From a virus (lineage: Duplodnaviria > Caudoviricetes): a stretch of DNA of 57,761 bases. The notes under the pieces are model-generated. The model worked only from the letters and a program-made list of their open reading frames with translations. It made no database searches and had not been told where the DNA came from. Location: positions 1-57,761 of the IMG/VR virus record IMGVR_UViG_3300034357_000936; one strand, 5' to 3'. The stretch's first letter is position 1, and the number at the start of each line of letters is the position of its first letter. The position numbers were made by a program, and so were the translations under genes. This document shows, piece after piece, positions 1 to 8,445 of this stretch.

Positions 1-100
1 CGTAATCCATCCAAGCAATGGCGTCCAATTGCCACTTAACTCGATTACGTTTAAGTAAATCGTTGATTTCTTCAAATTTGTCTTCAAATGTATAATTCAT
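1..100 (-). CDS. N-terminal fragment of a gene running off the window; possibly a phage sigma-70-like factor
   Basis: ATG at 100-98 overlaps the stop of the upstream ORF; reads MNYTFEDKFEEINDLLKRNRVKWQLDAIAWMDY..., which resembles large-phage sigma-like proteins from memory only. Confidence 0.4.
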   Translation of the reverse strand, partial: MNYTFEDKFEEINDLLKRNRVKWQLDAIAWMDY

Positions 101-489
101 TCGCCAATAGTGGTTGAAGATTTAATTCTGCTGCATTCCTGTTGCATCTTGCGAATTATCTCTTCGCCACTTAAAGAGTCTTCTCCTCTCGCACCTTGTC
201 TAGATGCCCTAGCAGATTCATGCGAGGGAGGAGTCAAATCTCCAATGGTCATCTTATAGTTCTTATCTACATCGGCTTTAAAAATATTTTTGCGCTTCAA
301 ACTTTGCACATCAATATGCTCAACGGCGTCTTCGTCATCGTCCTCGTCTTCCTCTTCGTAACGGGTTGAAGCCTTGGAAACAGCAGATGCTGCTCTATTA
401 AATGGAGAACCGCAGCTTGGGCAAAATTTTGGCTTTGATACACTAAACTCTGCTTTCCCTCCACATTTAATACAATATTCGGTATTCAT
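97..489 (-). CDS. Zinc-ribbon protein
   Basis: CxxC...CxxC at N-terminus (CIKCG, CPSCG), acidic linker. Confidence 0.7.
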   Translation of the reverse strand: MNTEYCIKCGGKAEFSVSKPKFCPSCGSPFNRAASAVSKASTRYEEEDEDDDEDAVEHIDVQSLKRKNIFKADVDKNYKMTIGDLTPPSHESARASRQGARGEDSLSGEEIIRKMQQECSRIKSSTTIGE

Positions 490-537
490 GATTAATAAAG
501 TTTTTACTACTAATTATAGTAATAAATTCTTTAAAAA

Positions 538-1224
538 TCAATTATTAATATTCTCTATCTTCTCCAAGATGTAGGCGACAACAGGATCTCTCATGATGTC
601 TTCCTTCTCAAAACGAAGACTATGAATTCCGTGAGAACTCGCCTCTTCTGTTTGAAAGGTCTTGCATATTTTAGAAAAGCCTGTATTTCTGATATCGCTT
701 TGGAATTCATCGCCGCATATAAATATTTTTGTGTTGGAATTGATTCTAGTAAGAATCGTTGTTAATTCTTGAATTGTGGCATTTTGCATTTCATCTGCTA
801 TGACAATTTGATTTTTCCAATCCTGCCCACGAATAAAGTTAATAGGCGCGGCATTAAGGGCTTTGTTGTCTACAAGAAGGGAGGTTTCCTTCTCATTTAG
901 AATTTCCCCGATTTTATCAACAAGGGGTCTCATGTATGGATCGAACTTCTCATCAAGAGAACCTTTAAGGAACCCTAAGCTTTTTTGGGAGGATTCAACT
1001 ACCGTTCTTAAGTAGTTTATCTTGATGTTTTTAGAATCTTCGTTAAAAAGATGAAGGGCGGCATATACTGCTAAAAAGGTTTTTGATGTTCCCGCTGGTC
1101 CACTAAGGAAAACTATTTTTGTTTCCCTTTGGGTCATTATTTTAAAGAATTGTTGTTGTTTGGGGGTCAGTTCGATGTTGCCCAAGAGCAACCCTGTCTT
1201 AAAGTTCTTTTTACTTGACATCAT
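538..1224 (-). CDS. phoH: PhoH-family ATPase
   Basis: LTPKQ, GPAGTSKT Walker A, FIRG, IADEMQN, GDxxQSD, RDPVV. Confidence 0.92.
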   Translation of the reverse strand: MMSSKKNFKTGLLLGNIELTPKQQQFFKIMTQRETKIVFLSGPAGTSKTFLAVYAALHLFNEDSKNIKINYLRTVVESSQKSLGFLKGSLDEKFDPYMRPLVDKIGEILNEKETSLLVDNKALNAAPINFIRGQDWKNQIVIADEMQNATIQELTTILTRINSNTKIFICGDEFQSDIRNTGFSKICKTFQTEEASSHGIHSLRFEKEDIMRDPVVAYILEKIENINN

Positions 1225-1314
1225 GGTAATTTACACTGTTTCTTTTTGGAAAAGAAGGAAGGTTATTGTTTTATTTTTGTGCCGAAATCGTTATAATAAA
1301 GTGTAGGACTTATT

Positions 1315-1515
1315 ATGACCTTTCTTTATGAGATAAAAGATTATCCAACTGGCTTTTTTCAAGTCATAACGCCAGAGAGCGATATAACTGGAGAAATCAT
1401 TCATATAAATAAAGAAGGCCAAGTTCGATTCATCGGCGCAGATCGCGATTCTTGCGACTATCTTACCTATAAGGATACGCTTACCGACTTCTCTGAATTC
1501 CATAGAATAGAATAA
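1315..1515 (+). CDS. Small hypothetical protein
   Basis: 66-aa ORF preceded by GTGTAGGA. Confidence 0.5.
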   Translation: MTFLYEIKDYPTGFFQVITPESDITGEIIHINKEGQVRFIGADRDSCDYLTYKDTLTDFSEFHRIE

Positions 1516-1524
1516 AGAAGGAAA

Positions 1525-1595
1525 AACCCTATGGTGTAATGGTAGCACAAAAGATTTTGATTCTTTTGGTTGAGGTTCGAATCCTTATAGGGTTG
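1525..1595 (+). tRNA. tRNA-Gln(TTG)
   Basis: AACCCTA/TAGGGTT acceptor stem, AAAGA-TTTTGAT-TCTTT anticodon arm, GGTTCGAATCC T-arm. Confidence 0.88.
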
Positions 1596-1821
1596 CTTAT
1601 AGATAGTATGATATAGAATAATATGAAAAGCCGAAAAATGGTGAAATTGGTAGTGTGAACCACCCCCCCTCACTTTTTCGGTTTAGATCACCCCAACTCG
1701 ATTTTAATTAACCCCACCCCCTTTGGGTGTTCAAGTGAACATGGCGCAATCGCGGTTGGCTTGGTCAAAAGAAAATGCACAAAAGGATTTGCGCATCACG
1801 TTGGGTGTGGTATACTAGGAC

Positions 1822-1980
1822 ATGAAAGAAAACAACCAACTCCAGAAACTGAAAGACGAATTGAAAAAGCTTGATACCTATATCGGCTACATGGAAGATT
1901 GCCAAGGTTTCTGTGAAAGAAAATACAAGGAACAGTTTTGGAATCTTAAGAAAAAGATCGAAGAAACAATTGGAAAATAA
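1822..1980 (+). CDS. 52-aa hypothetical protein (leaderless)
   Basis: TTGCGC(1789)-16-TATACT-5-ATG; MKENNQLQKLKDELKK... Confidence 0.7.
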   Translation: MKENNQLQKLKDELKKLDTYIGYMEDCQGFCERKYKEQFWNLKKKIEETIGK

Positions 1981-2037
1981 TCGAAAGAAAAAGCACAAAA
2001 GGATTTGCGTATCACCTAATCTGTAGTAAATTAAAAC

Positions 2038-2250
2038 ATGAAAAAGAACCTTCAACTTGGCCAGATCGAAACCTTCGCACCTTCCACCCGCACTCTTCCC
2101 CGCACGGGTGAGGTTGTCAATACCTTCAAACAAGTTCCTAATGGAACCGAAGGGGAAGGCGTCAAGCTTTACCAGTGGGTTGTAAACTCTCTCACGGGAG
2201 AGTCTGTCATCCTTCTCCCTATCGAAAAGGCGAAAGCTTTCATCGCCTAA
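2038..2250 (+). CDS. Hypothetical protein (leaderless)
   Basis: TTGCGT(2005)-16-TAAATT-5-ATG; followed by terminator. Confidence 0.75.
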   Translation: MKKNLQLGQIETFAPSTRTLPRTGEVVNTFKQVPNGTEGEGVKLYQWVVNSLTGESVILLPIEKAKAFIA

Positions 2251-2254
2251 AGCG

Positions 2255-2280
2255 AAAGGGGAAGCGAAAGCTTCCCCTTT
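2255..2280 (+). terminator. Intrinsic terminator
   Basis: AAAGGGGAAGC-GAAA-GCTTCCCCTTT perfect hairpin after the stop codon. Confidence 0.8.
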
Positions 2281-2333
2281 AAATAATCAAAAAAGAAATT
2301 GCTTCTTCTCCATTTTTCGCCTATAATCTAGTC

Positions 2334-2429
2334 ATGATCAAAGAAATCCTTTACTTCGCTTTTCACGCCCTTCTTTCCTATGCTGTCATCATCGCGATTG
2401 CGGCCTTTGCCCATGCTGTTTGCCATTGA
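2334..2429 (+). CDS. 31-aa hydrophobic peptide, paralog of 4972-5067
   Basis: TTGCTT(2299)-17-TATAAT-6-ATG; MIKEILYFAFHALLSYAVIIAIAAFAHAVCH. Confidence 0.7.
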   Translation: MIKEILYFAFHALLSYAVIIAIAAFAHAVCH

Positions 2430-2482
2430 AAGAAAAGAGAGAAAAGAATTTGCATCTTACCCTTTTACCCTTATCTTACTAC

Positions 2483-2656
2483 ATGAAAGAAAAACAAATC
2501 ATTGCCATTGCTGTCGCTTCTCTCTCCCTCCTTCTCCTTTTCGGGTTTTGTTACCTTTGCATTGTAACGTCTCTTGAGCAAGAGAACCAACGTATCGAAA
2601 AAGAAGCGAAGGAGAAGATCATGCAAGAACGTATTCTTTTCCTAAATAATCGTTGA
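2483..2656 (+). CDS. Small single-TM protein
   Basis: TTGCAT(2450)-16-TATCTT-5-ATG; MKEKQIIAIAVASLSLLLLFGFCYL. Confidence 0.7.
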   Translation: MKEKQIIAIAVASLSLLLLFGFCYLCIVTSLEQENQRIEKEAKEKIMQERILFLNNR

Positions 2657-2699
2657 AAAAAACCCTTGCGCTTTTCTCTTAATCGCTTATACTTACAAC

Positions 2700-2903
2700 A
2701 TGAAAGAAAAACAAATCCTCATCGCCAACGTTTCCGATCTTGAGTTCGCCGAATCCGGTTACATTGCTTACAATACGCTTAATGGAACCTATTGTGATTG
2801 GACGGTTTACTTTCTTCATGAAGGGGAAGAGAAGCAAGGAAAGCTTTACGCTTCTCTTGAAAATCCAGAAGCGGACCACGGTAACACGATCACCCTCCTC
2901 TAA
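2700..2903 (+). CDS. Hypothetical protein
   Basis: TTGCGC(2666)-16-TATACT-6-ATG; first 18 nt identical to the gene at 2483. Confidence 0.75.
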   Translation: MKEKQILIANVSDLEFAESGYIAYNTLNGTYCDWTVYFLHEGEEKQGKLYASLENPEADHGNTITLL

Positions 2904-2928
2904 GGGTGGGAAATAGTAAAGGCAAAGA

Positions 2929-2955
2929 GGGAGGCGAGAGCCTCCCATTTTTTTT
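2929..2955 (+). terminator. Intrinsic terminator
   Basis: GGGAGGC-GAGA-GCCTCCC followed by a T-run. Confidence 0.8.
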
Positions 2956-3047
2956 AGTTAGCACAAACCGCTTGTGCTGTTCATTTGAACACGGCGCATA
3001 TACGTTAGTGTTCAATTGAACACCTTTTACCCCCCATTAAAAGGGCT

Positions 3048-3128
3048 TCGTAAGTCGTTCAGTATCAACGAGTTACGAGCGAGCCGCCCCGCTTTCGTCG
3101 TAAGTCGTTGTGTTTCAACGAGTTACAA
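3048..3128. repeat. Double-palindrome element 1
   Basis: 31-bp palindromes starting 3048 and 3098, GC spacer between. Confidence 0.95.
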
Positions 3129-3317
3129 AGGAAAGCCTCAAAGGGCTTTTTAGGCCGCAATCGCGCCAGTGTTCAATTGAACAACACGCAGCTTTTTTTA
3201 GTTAGCGCAAAACGTTTAAGGTGTTCAATTGAGCATCACGCAATCGCGCCATGCAAAAAAAGAAAGAAAAGAGAGAAAAGGATTTGCGCATTAGGCCAAA
3301 TCTGGTATAGTTAAAAC

Positions 3318-3476
3318 ATGAAAGAAAAAAGCGGATATGTGATGGCCCTTGAAAAAGGAATTGAAGCGTGGACCGAATTCCTTGGCGGTCGTTTGGTTTT
3401 TCGCGTGAAGCGTGAGGGAAAGATTCACACTTTCTCTAGTGATTCTTCCCTTGGAAAATGGGTTGTTTCTCTTTGA
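3318..3476 (+). CDS. 52-aa protein, paralog of 4106-4264
   Basis: TTGCGC(3284)-16-TATAGT-6-ATG; MKEKSGYVMALEKGIEAWTEF... Confidence 0.8.
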   Translation: MKEKSGYVMALEKGIEAWTEFLGGRLVFRVKREGKIHTFSSDSSLGKWVVSL

Positions 3477-3518
3477 GAAAAGCCCTTGCTTTTAATCCTT
3501 TTACCCTTACATTAGAAC

Positions 3519-3770
3519 ATGAACAAAATGAATCAATTCTGGAGCCTTGGAAAAACCTTTAAGAAAAGCGGAATGAAATACCGCGATCTGATCAACGAAA
3601 GCGGAAACGTTTTCATGACGCTGAAAGCAAAAAATGCCCTTTGGGTGGTGGACGGTTACAATGCCCGTCTTCGAAACAAGATCGAAAGGGAAGACCTTGA
3701 GAGGCAAGAGGCTGAGAGGGAAAACCTCGCCTATGGCGAGGCGGTCATGACCGCAATGGATGTCTGGTAA
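3519..3770 (+). CDS. Hypothetical protein
   Basis: TTGCTT(3486)-16-TACATT-5-ATG. Confidence 0.75.
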   Translation: MNKMNQFWSLGKTFKKSGMKYRDLINESGNVFMTLKAKNALWVVDGYNARLRNKIEREDLERQEAERENLAYGEAVMTAMDVW

Positions 3771-3794
3771 ATCGAAAAAATAACAAAGGAAAAA

Positions 3795-3822
3795 GGGGAG
3801 GCGAAAGCCTCCTCTTTTTTTT
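3795..3822 (+). terminator. Intrinsic terminator
   Basis: GGGGAGGC-GAAA-GCCTCCTC plus T-run. Confidence 0.8.
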
Positions 3823-3881
3823 AGTTAGCGCAAAATGGTTTTGGTGTTCATTTGAACAGCTTTTTTTCGTTTAAAAAGGAG

Positions 3882-3962
3882 TCGTAAGTCGTTGATACTT
3901 AACGAGTTACGAGGGAGCCGCCCCGCCCCCGTCGTAACTCGTTGAAAATGAACGAGTTACAA
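3882..3962. repeat. Double-palindrome element 2
   Basis: Palindromes at 3882 and 3932. Confidence 0.95.
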
Positions 3963-4105
3963 CATAATCAATTCAAGAGGTGTGCCAATGTCAACACCTT
4001 TTTTTCGGTGTTCAAATGGACACGGCGCAATCGCGTATAGATAAAAAAGGAAAAGAAAAGAAGAAATGCCCTTGCGCTTTTTCGGGAATATGGTATAGTT
4101 AAAAC

Positions 4106-4264
4106 ATGAAAGAACAAAACGGTTATCTGGTGGCGCTTGAAAAAGGTTTCGATGCATGGAGCGAATTTTCGATGGGAAGGCTCCGTTTCCGCGTCAAGCA
4201 TGAGGGCAAGATTCACACCTTTTCGAATGATTCCTCCCTCCTCTCTTGGATCAAATCCCTCTAA
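4106..4264 (+). CDS. 52-aa protein, paralog of 3318-3476
   Basis: TTGCGC(4072)-16-TATAGT-6-ATG; 36/52 identical by hand alignment. Confidence 0.8.
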   Translation: MKEQNGYLVALEKGFDAWSEFSMGRLRFRVKHEGKIHTFSNDSSLLSWIKSL

Positions 4265-4317
4265 TAAAAACAGCAAAAAAGATTTGCTTTTAATCGAATC
4301 GCGCCTATAGTCTCAAT

Positions 4318-4473
4318 ATGACAATCAAAGAACTTCAGCATGCCCTTTACATCTTCTCTTCAGACTCTAATGAGGAGGCGAAGGTGGTCCTTTTGATCGA
4401 CGGCAAAGAAATTCAAATCAATTCAATCTATCTTGATTGCAAAGAAGGAAAGGTGGAAATCGTTGGAGAATGA
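4318..4473 (+). CDS. 51-aa hypothetical protein
   Basis: TTGCTT(4284)-16-TATAGT-6-ATG; MTIKELQHAL... Confidence 0.7.
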   Translation: MTIKELQHALYIFSSDSNEEAKVVLLIDGKEIQINSIYLDCKEGKVEIVGE

Positions 4474-4727
4474 GCAGAACAAGCAAACGCCCCTACACAA
4501 AGTCTAAACGTTTCGATAAAACTTGCCGAAACAATGGATCTTGCCCATACTGTAAAAACAATCGTCTTCATAATTTCCATAGAGAAGGACAAAGAGCGAT
4601 GGATCAAATCAAAGAACAAGAGATTCCACAATTCCCAGAACCACAAGAATTACCACACTCACCAGATCTATCAGAATCTCCAGAATTCTTATACTTGCTT
4701 CCTGATGCTGAAACTCAGTCTCATTAA
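4470..4727 (+). CDS. Small basic Cys-containing phage protein with low-complexity PEP tail
   Basis: ATGA overlap with the previous stop; MSRTSKRPYTKSKRFDKTCRNNGSCPYC. Confidence 0.7.
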   Translation: MSRTSKRPYTKSKRFDKTCRNNGSCPYCKNNRLHNFHREGQRAMDQIKEQEIPQFPEPQELPHSPDLSESPEFLYLLPDAETQSH

Positions 4728-4971
4728 TCGGGGTTCACTATATCGCTATACAGCTATCTCGCTATATGGCAATGGGACCACGCCACAGGTGGGAACCATC
4801 AGAATTCCCAGAACCATCAGAAAAACCAGAAGGCCCGTTGGCCGAAGGGTTTTAATCCTATTTGGCCACGCTCAAATGAACTTCGCCCCTTTTGCTATTT
4901 GGCGGCGTTCAAATGATCTTGATCGTTAAAAACCTCTTGCTTTTCTTTCCATCCTCCATTATACTATTAAC

Positions 4972-5067
4972 ATGATTAAAGACATTCTAGATTTGGCGCT
5001 GGCCTTTGTTGTTGGTTCTTTTGTTATGATTTGTGCGGCTTGGTTTGCTCATGTCATTTGTCATTAA
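4972..5067 (+). CDS. 31-aa hydrophobic peptide, paralog of 2334-2429
   Basis: TTGCTT(4937)-17-TATACT-6-ATG; MIKDILDLALAFVVGSFVMICAAWFAHVICH. Confidence 0.7.
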   Translation: MIKDILDLALAFVVGSFVMICAAWFAHVICH

Positions 5068-5086
5068 AAATTCGTTAAGCTTAAAT

Positions 5087-5224
5087 ATGAAAAAAGAATG
5101 GTTTTACTTCTGGAACCCGCTTCTGGGTCGCGTCTGGTATAGTGACTATAACGAGGCCGTCGCCGCTCGCCGCGCCTATGAGTTGGCGGGGCATAAGGTG
5201 GGACCGCTCTTGCAAAAGAGCTAA
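5087..5224 (+). CDS. 45-aa hypothetical protein
   Basis: MKKEWFYFWNPLLGRVW...; stop just before element 3. Confidence 0.6.
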   Translation: MKKEWFYFWNPLLGRVWYSDYNEAVAARRAYELAGHKVGPLLQKS

Positions 5225-5232
5225 AAAACCCC

Positions 5233-5313
5233 TCGTAAGTCGCTGATTTTAAACGACTTATGAGGAGCGGCCCCCGGCCCCGCCGTAACTCGTTGAGAAT
5301 CAACGACTTATGA
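5233..5313. repeat. Double-palindrome element 3
   Basis: Palindromes at 5233 and 5283. Confidence 0.95.
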
Positions 5314-5400
5314 AAAGCCTAATCAAAGGATTTATTTACTATTTTGCAAAAATCGGGCATTTTTGACTTGCCTTTCCCCTTTCTTGGGTTACATTACCTC

Positions 5401-5520
5401 ATGAAAGAATTCCTTTGTAATTTCATTCTGTCCGCCAAGGGTGGGCATGTTTATCTTGGCCACGGTTACGAGTATACTTTTAGCGAAATTACTGAAATAG
5501 TTTTGGGCTTCTTTTCTTAA
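5401..5520 (+). CDS. 39-aa hypothetical protein
   Basis: TTGCCT(5368)-16-TACATT-5-ATG. Confidence 0.65.
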   Translation: MKEFLCNFILSAKGGHVYLGHGYEYTFSEITEIVLGFFS

Positions 5521-5562
5521 ATAAAACACTTGATCTTTTCCGCAAATAACCTATTGTTCCCT

Positions 5563-5709
5563 ATGAACGAAATCATCAAAGCCGAACTGAACGAATACAT
5601 CGATTACCTTGATTCCCTCGACTATCCCGAACAGGATGACGCACGGTGGGAAGCGATGGCAGAAGAACACGAAAACATTCAATACGGCATGGCCGTGATG
5701 GGAGTCTAA
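5563..5709 (+). CDS. 48-aa acidic protein
   Basis: TTGATC(5530)-16-TATTGT-5-ATG; MNEIIKAELNEYIDYLDSLD... Confidence 0.7.
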   Translation: MNEIIKAELNEYIDYLDSLDYPEQDDARWEAMAEEHENIQYGMAVMGV

Positions 5710-5724
5710 AACACACAAAAGAAC

Positions 5725-6318
5725 ATGAGATTCCTTGCCTTTTTCCTTGCCGTTAGCTTTCTTATCTATCAAGAGATTAAAAGCTTTTATCCTAAAGACT
5801 TCACCGAACAAGTCTTCGAAGAGACAACCGTTGATCCCCAACCTTTGGAGGATTACCCTAAAGAGAGATCCTTTGTGCCAATTCTCCCTTTGGAAAAGAA
5901 GGAAGATGATGAACTCATTTCTTTAATTAAAGAATTCGAAAGCTTTAGCCCCACGGTCTATAAATGCCAAGGTGGAGTTGATACCATTGGATATGGCATC
6001 ACTGATCCAGAGGTTGTAAAAAGGGGAATCCTCACAGAGGAAGAGGCTTCCGAAATTCTCAAAGAAGAAATAAACGTTCATCTTTCTTATGTGGATTCTT
6101 TTGTAAAGAAACCAATAACAGAACAACAAAGGAATGCCCTAGCTTCTTTCTCCTTTAATTGCGGAGATGGTAGTCTAAAGAAAATCGCAGCTAGAATTAA
6201 TAGTGGCAAAATGAAGGAAGCAGGTGAAGCGATCCTCTTGTATGTCTATGCTAAAGGAAAACCATCTAATGGTTTGAAAAAGCGTAGAGAGATAGAATAT
6301 CAAATGTTTAATAGTTAA
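5725..6318 (+). CDS. GH24 (T4/P21-type) lysozyme with N-terminal hydrophobic anchor
   Basis: IKEFESFSPTVYKCQGGVDTIGYG (E-x8-C-x5-T), ALASFSFNCG, GLKKRREIE. Confidence 0.88.
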   Translation: MRFLAFFLAVSFLIYQEIKSFYPKDFTEQVFEETTVDPQPLEDYPKERSFVPILPLEKKEDDELISLIKEFESFSPTVYKCQGGVDTIGYGITDPEVVKRGILTEEEASEILKEEINVHLSYVDSFVKKPITEQQRNALASFSFNCGDGSLKKIAARINSGKMKEAGEAILLYVYAKGKPSNGLKKRREIEYQMFNS

Positions 6319-6334
6319 CGTGTAACAAAGCTCT

Positions 6335-6415
6335 TCGTAAGTCGCTGGTTTTCAACGACTTACGGGGCGCGGCCCCGCCGCCCGTCGTAACTCGTTAAGG
6401 CTTAACGACTTACAA
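6335..6415. repeat. Double-palindrome element 4
   Basis: Palindromes at 6335 and 6385; consensus spacer GGCGCGGCCCCGCCGCCCG. Confidence 0.95.
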
Positions 6416-6498
6416 ACAATTTGGCATCACGCGATTGCGCCATGCGAAAAAAGACAGAAAAAGATTTGCGTTCTCCCTTTGGTATGGTATAGTTGGAC

Positions 6499-6678
6499 AT
6501 GAAAATTGAAGAAGGAACGGAAGTTGTGTTCAAAGGAAAATGGTGGATCGTGCAAGAGTTTTGCCCATCTTATGATGGCGTTGAAGGTTTTGATGAAGTG
6601 GTGATTGCTGATGAAGATGGAGAAGAAAAGGTGGCTTTTGTTTATCAAATCGATACCGTTCTCCCTTCTTTTTCTTGA
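6499..6678 (+). CDS. Hypothetical acidic protein
   Basis: TTGCGT(6466)-16-TATAGT-5-ATG. Confidence 0.7.
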   Translation: MKIEEGTEVVFKGKWWIVQEFCPSYDGVEGFDEVVIADEDGEEKVAFVYQIDTVLPSFS

Positions 6679-6703
6679 CAAATAACAAAAACCCTGATAT
6701 AAT
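6675..6703 (+). promoter_or_regulatory. Perfect sigma70 consensus promoter (example of the cassette promoters)
   Basis: TTGACA-17-TATAAT, ATG 6 nt later. Confidence 0.85.
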
Positions 6704-6709
6704 AACAGT

Positions 6710-6925
6710 ATGAAGAAGGCAATTTATTGGAAGCATGGTGAGGACAAGATGAGCGTTAAGGAGCTTGATAAAGCGCTTAAAGATATAAATGAGAATATCG
6801 TGAGCGAAGAGAAAAAACAGTCAGGGAGTGAACAGACTAAACTTGTGTTTCCTTCTATTCTCCCTCTCTTGCTCAAAGCGCAGCAAGGTTTGATGAGGCT
6901 GAGAGCAGAAAAAATCGGTAAATGA
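6710..6925 (+). CDS. Hypothetical protein
   Basis: Leaderless behind the consensus promoter. Confidence 0.7.
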   Translation: MKKAIYWKHGEDKMSVKELDKALKDINENIVSEEKKQSGSEQTKLVFPSILPLLLKAQQGLMRLRAEKIGK

Positions 6926-6944
6926 GGAACTCTAATATAATAGC

Positions 6945-7184
6945 ATGAGCCAACACTCCAACATCTGTAAGGAAGTCCTCTCCAAAGCGGTTAAATTTAA
7001 TCTGTCGCATGGACAAACGTCAGAATTGCTGAACGCTATTTTTGCCGCTGCTGAATATGAGTGGGAAGTGTCCGAAACAGAAATACCCAATCTTTCTTAT
7101 TCTTATCTTCGCACTCAAAAGGACGGATTGTATGGAGTGTCTCACGATCAAATTGATTCTTGGATGGAAACTTCAGCTAAGTAA
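6945..7184 (+). CDS. Hypothetical protein
   Basis: 79-aa ORF in operon. Confidence 0.65.
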   Translation: MSQHSNICKEVLSKAVKFNLSHGQTSELLNAIFAAAEYEWEVSETEIPNLSYSYLRTQKDGLYGVSHDQIDSWMETSAK

Positions 7185-7211
7185 CTCTAATATAAAAGGA
7201 ACGATAAAAAG

Positions 7212-7283
7212 GGGGGTGTAGCTAATTGGTCTAGCGCTCGACTCATAATCGAAGGAAAGCAGGTTCGATTCCTGTCGCCCCCA
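7212..7283 (+). tRNA. tRNA with CAT anticodon (elongator Met or Ile2)
   Basis: GGGGGTG/CGCCCCC acceptor, TCGA-CTCATAA-TCGA, GGTTCGATTCC; lacks initiator features. Confidence 0.8.
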
Positions 7284-7293
7284 TCTCTCACCT

Positions 7294-7374
7294 ACATAAC
7301 TCGTTGAAAATAAACCACTTACAGGGCGCGGCCCCGCCGCCCTTCATAACTCGTTGATAATAAAAGACTTACGA
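7294..7374. repeat. Double-palindrome element 5
   Basis: Palindromes at 7294 and 7344. Confidence 0.9.
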
Positions 7375-7454
7375 CACAAAGAATATCACGCAATCGCGCC
7401 AAAAAACATCATTAAACTACTTGCATCTTTCCTTTCTTATGTTATCTTTGATAC

Positions 7455-7628
7455 ATGACTGAAGAACAAGCATACGAACACGGTTTTTACGCAACTCTCA
7501 CCTTGAACCAAATGCCAGATGACGATGATCTTCTTGCGGCGTTTGATCAGGGCGAGCGGGACAGGCAGGAGGTCGCTGCCGTTGAGATGGCTCACGAAGC
7601 TTACGCGATGGAACTTTACGGCCATTGA
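7455..7628 (+). CDS. 57-aa acidic protein
   Basis: TTGCAT(7421)-16-TATCTT-6-ATG; MTEEQAYEHGFYATL... Confidence 0.7.
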   Translation: MTEEQAYEHGFYATLTLNQMPDDDDLLAAFDQGERDRQEVAAVEMAHEAYAMELYGH

Positions 7629-7637
7629 TAGCTTTCC

Positions 7638-7718
7638 CTGTAACTCCTTGATATTCAAGGGGTTACGGGGCGCGGCCCCGCCGCTGGTCGCAACTCGTTG
7701 AGAATCAACGAATTAGAC
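7638..7718. repeat. Double-palindrome element 6
   Basis: Palindromes at 7638 and 7688. Confidence 0.92.
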
Positions 7719-7790
7719 TATACGCAATCGCGCCATAAAGAAAGATGATGAATTAATTTGCACTTTCCTTTTCTTGGGTTACATTATCAC

Positions 7791-8009
7791 ATGTTCAAAT
7801 ACGAAGTCATTCAGCATCTTGTTGGTCCTTGGCACACTCCCGGTATGGGGAAGGTCGTTTATACTTGGTTTTCCAAGTCTCCCAAGGAGGCTTGCGCTCG
7901 CCGTGGAGCTTTCGCGGCTCATTTCGATGGGGATGACTCCCTCCCCTGCGTGATTGAGGAGGTTCGCCTTTGGCGCAACGGCAAGCTTCTGTTTTCGAAG
8001 TGGTCATAA
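7791..8009 (+). CDS. Hypothetical protein
   Basis: TTGCAC(7758)-16-TACATT-5-ATG; stop codon lies inside the first arm of element 7. Confidence 0.75.
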   Translation: MFKYEVIQHLVGPWHTPGMGKVVYTWFSKSPKEACARRGAFAAHFDGDDSLPCVIEEVRLWRNGKLLFSKWS

Positions 8010-8084
8010 GTGGTTGAGGCTCAAAGCCTTACGGCGAGCCGCCCCGCCGCCCGTCGCAACTCGTTGAGAAGCAACGACTTACGA
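8004..8084. repeat. Double-palindrome element 7
   Basis: Palindromes at 8004 and 8054. Confidence 0.9.
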
Positions 8085-8164
8085 CATAAACAAAATTCCG
8101 CCGCTTTATAAGAAAAAAGAGAGAAAAGGATTTGCATTCTTTCTTTAGAGTGGTATAGTTGGAC

Positions 8165-8356
8165 ATGCAATACATCATCAAAGCTGAGAGCGGTATCCGT
8201 GGAATTTGTAATCTTGGAGCGGGGGTTTCGGAAAAAGCCGCTTGGGAAGACGCTTTTGGCCCCAAGCCTTGGACCGACTACCAGAAAAAAACTGCTAAAA
8301 AATGCTGGTGCGAGCAGGAGGAGTCTGATGAACCCGTGAGCTATTCTGGCTACTAA
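8165..8356 (+). CDS. Hypothetical protein
   Basis: TTGCAT(8132)-16-TATAGT-5-ATG. Confidence 0.72.
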   Translation: MQYIIKAESGIRGICNLGAGVSEKAAWEDAFGPKPWTDYQKKTAKKCWCEQEESDEPVSYSGY

Positions 8357-8364
8357 TCGCAATC

Positions 8365-8445
8365 TCGTAAGTCGTTGAAAATAAACGACTTACGGGGCGC
8401 GGCCCCGCCGCCCGTCATAACTCCTTCATTATCAATGACTTACAA
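8365..8445. repeat. Double-palindrome element 8
   Basis: Palindromes at 8365 and 8415. Confidence 0.95.
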
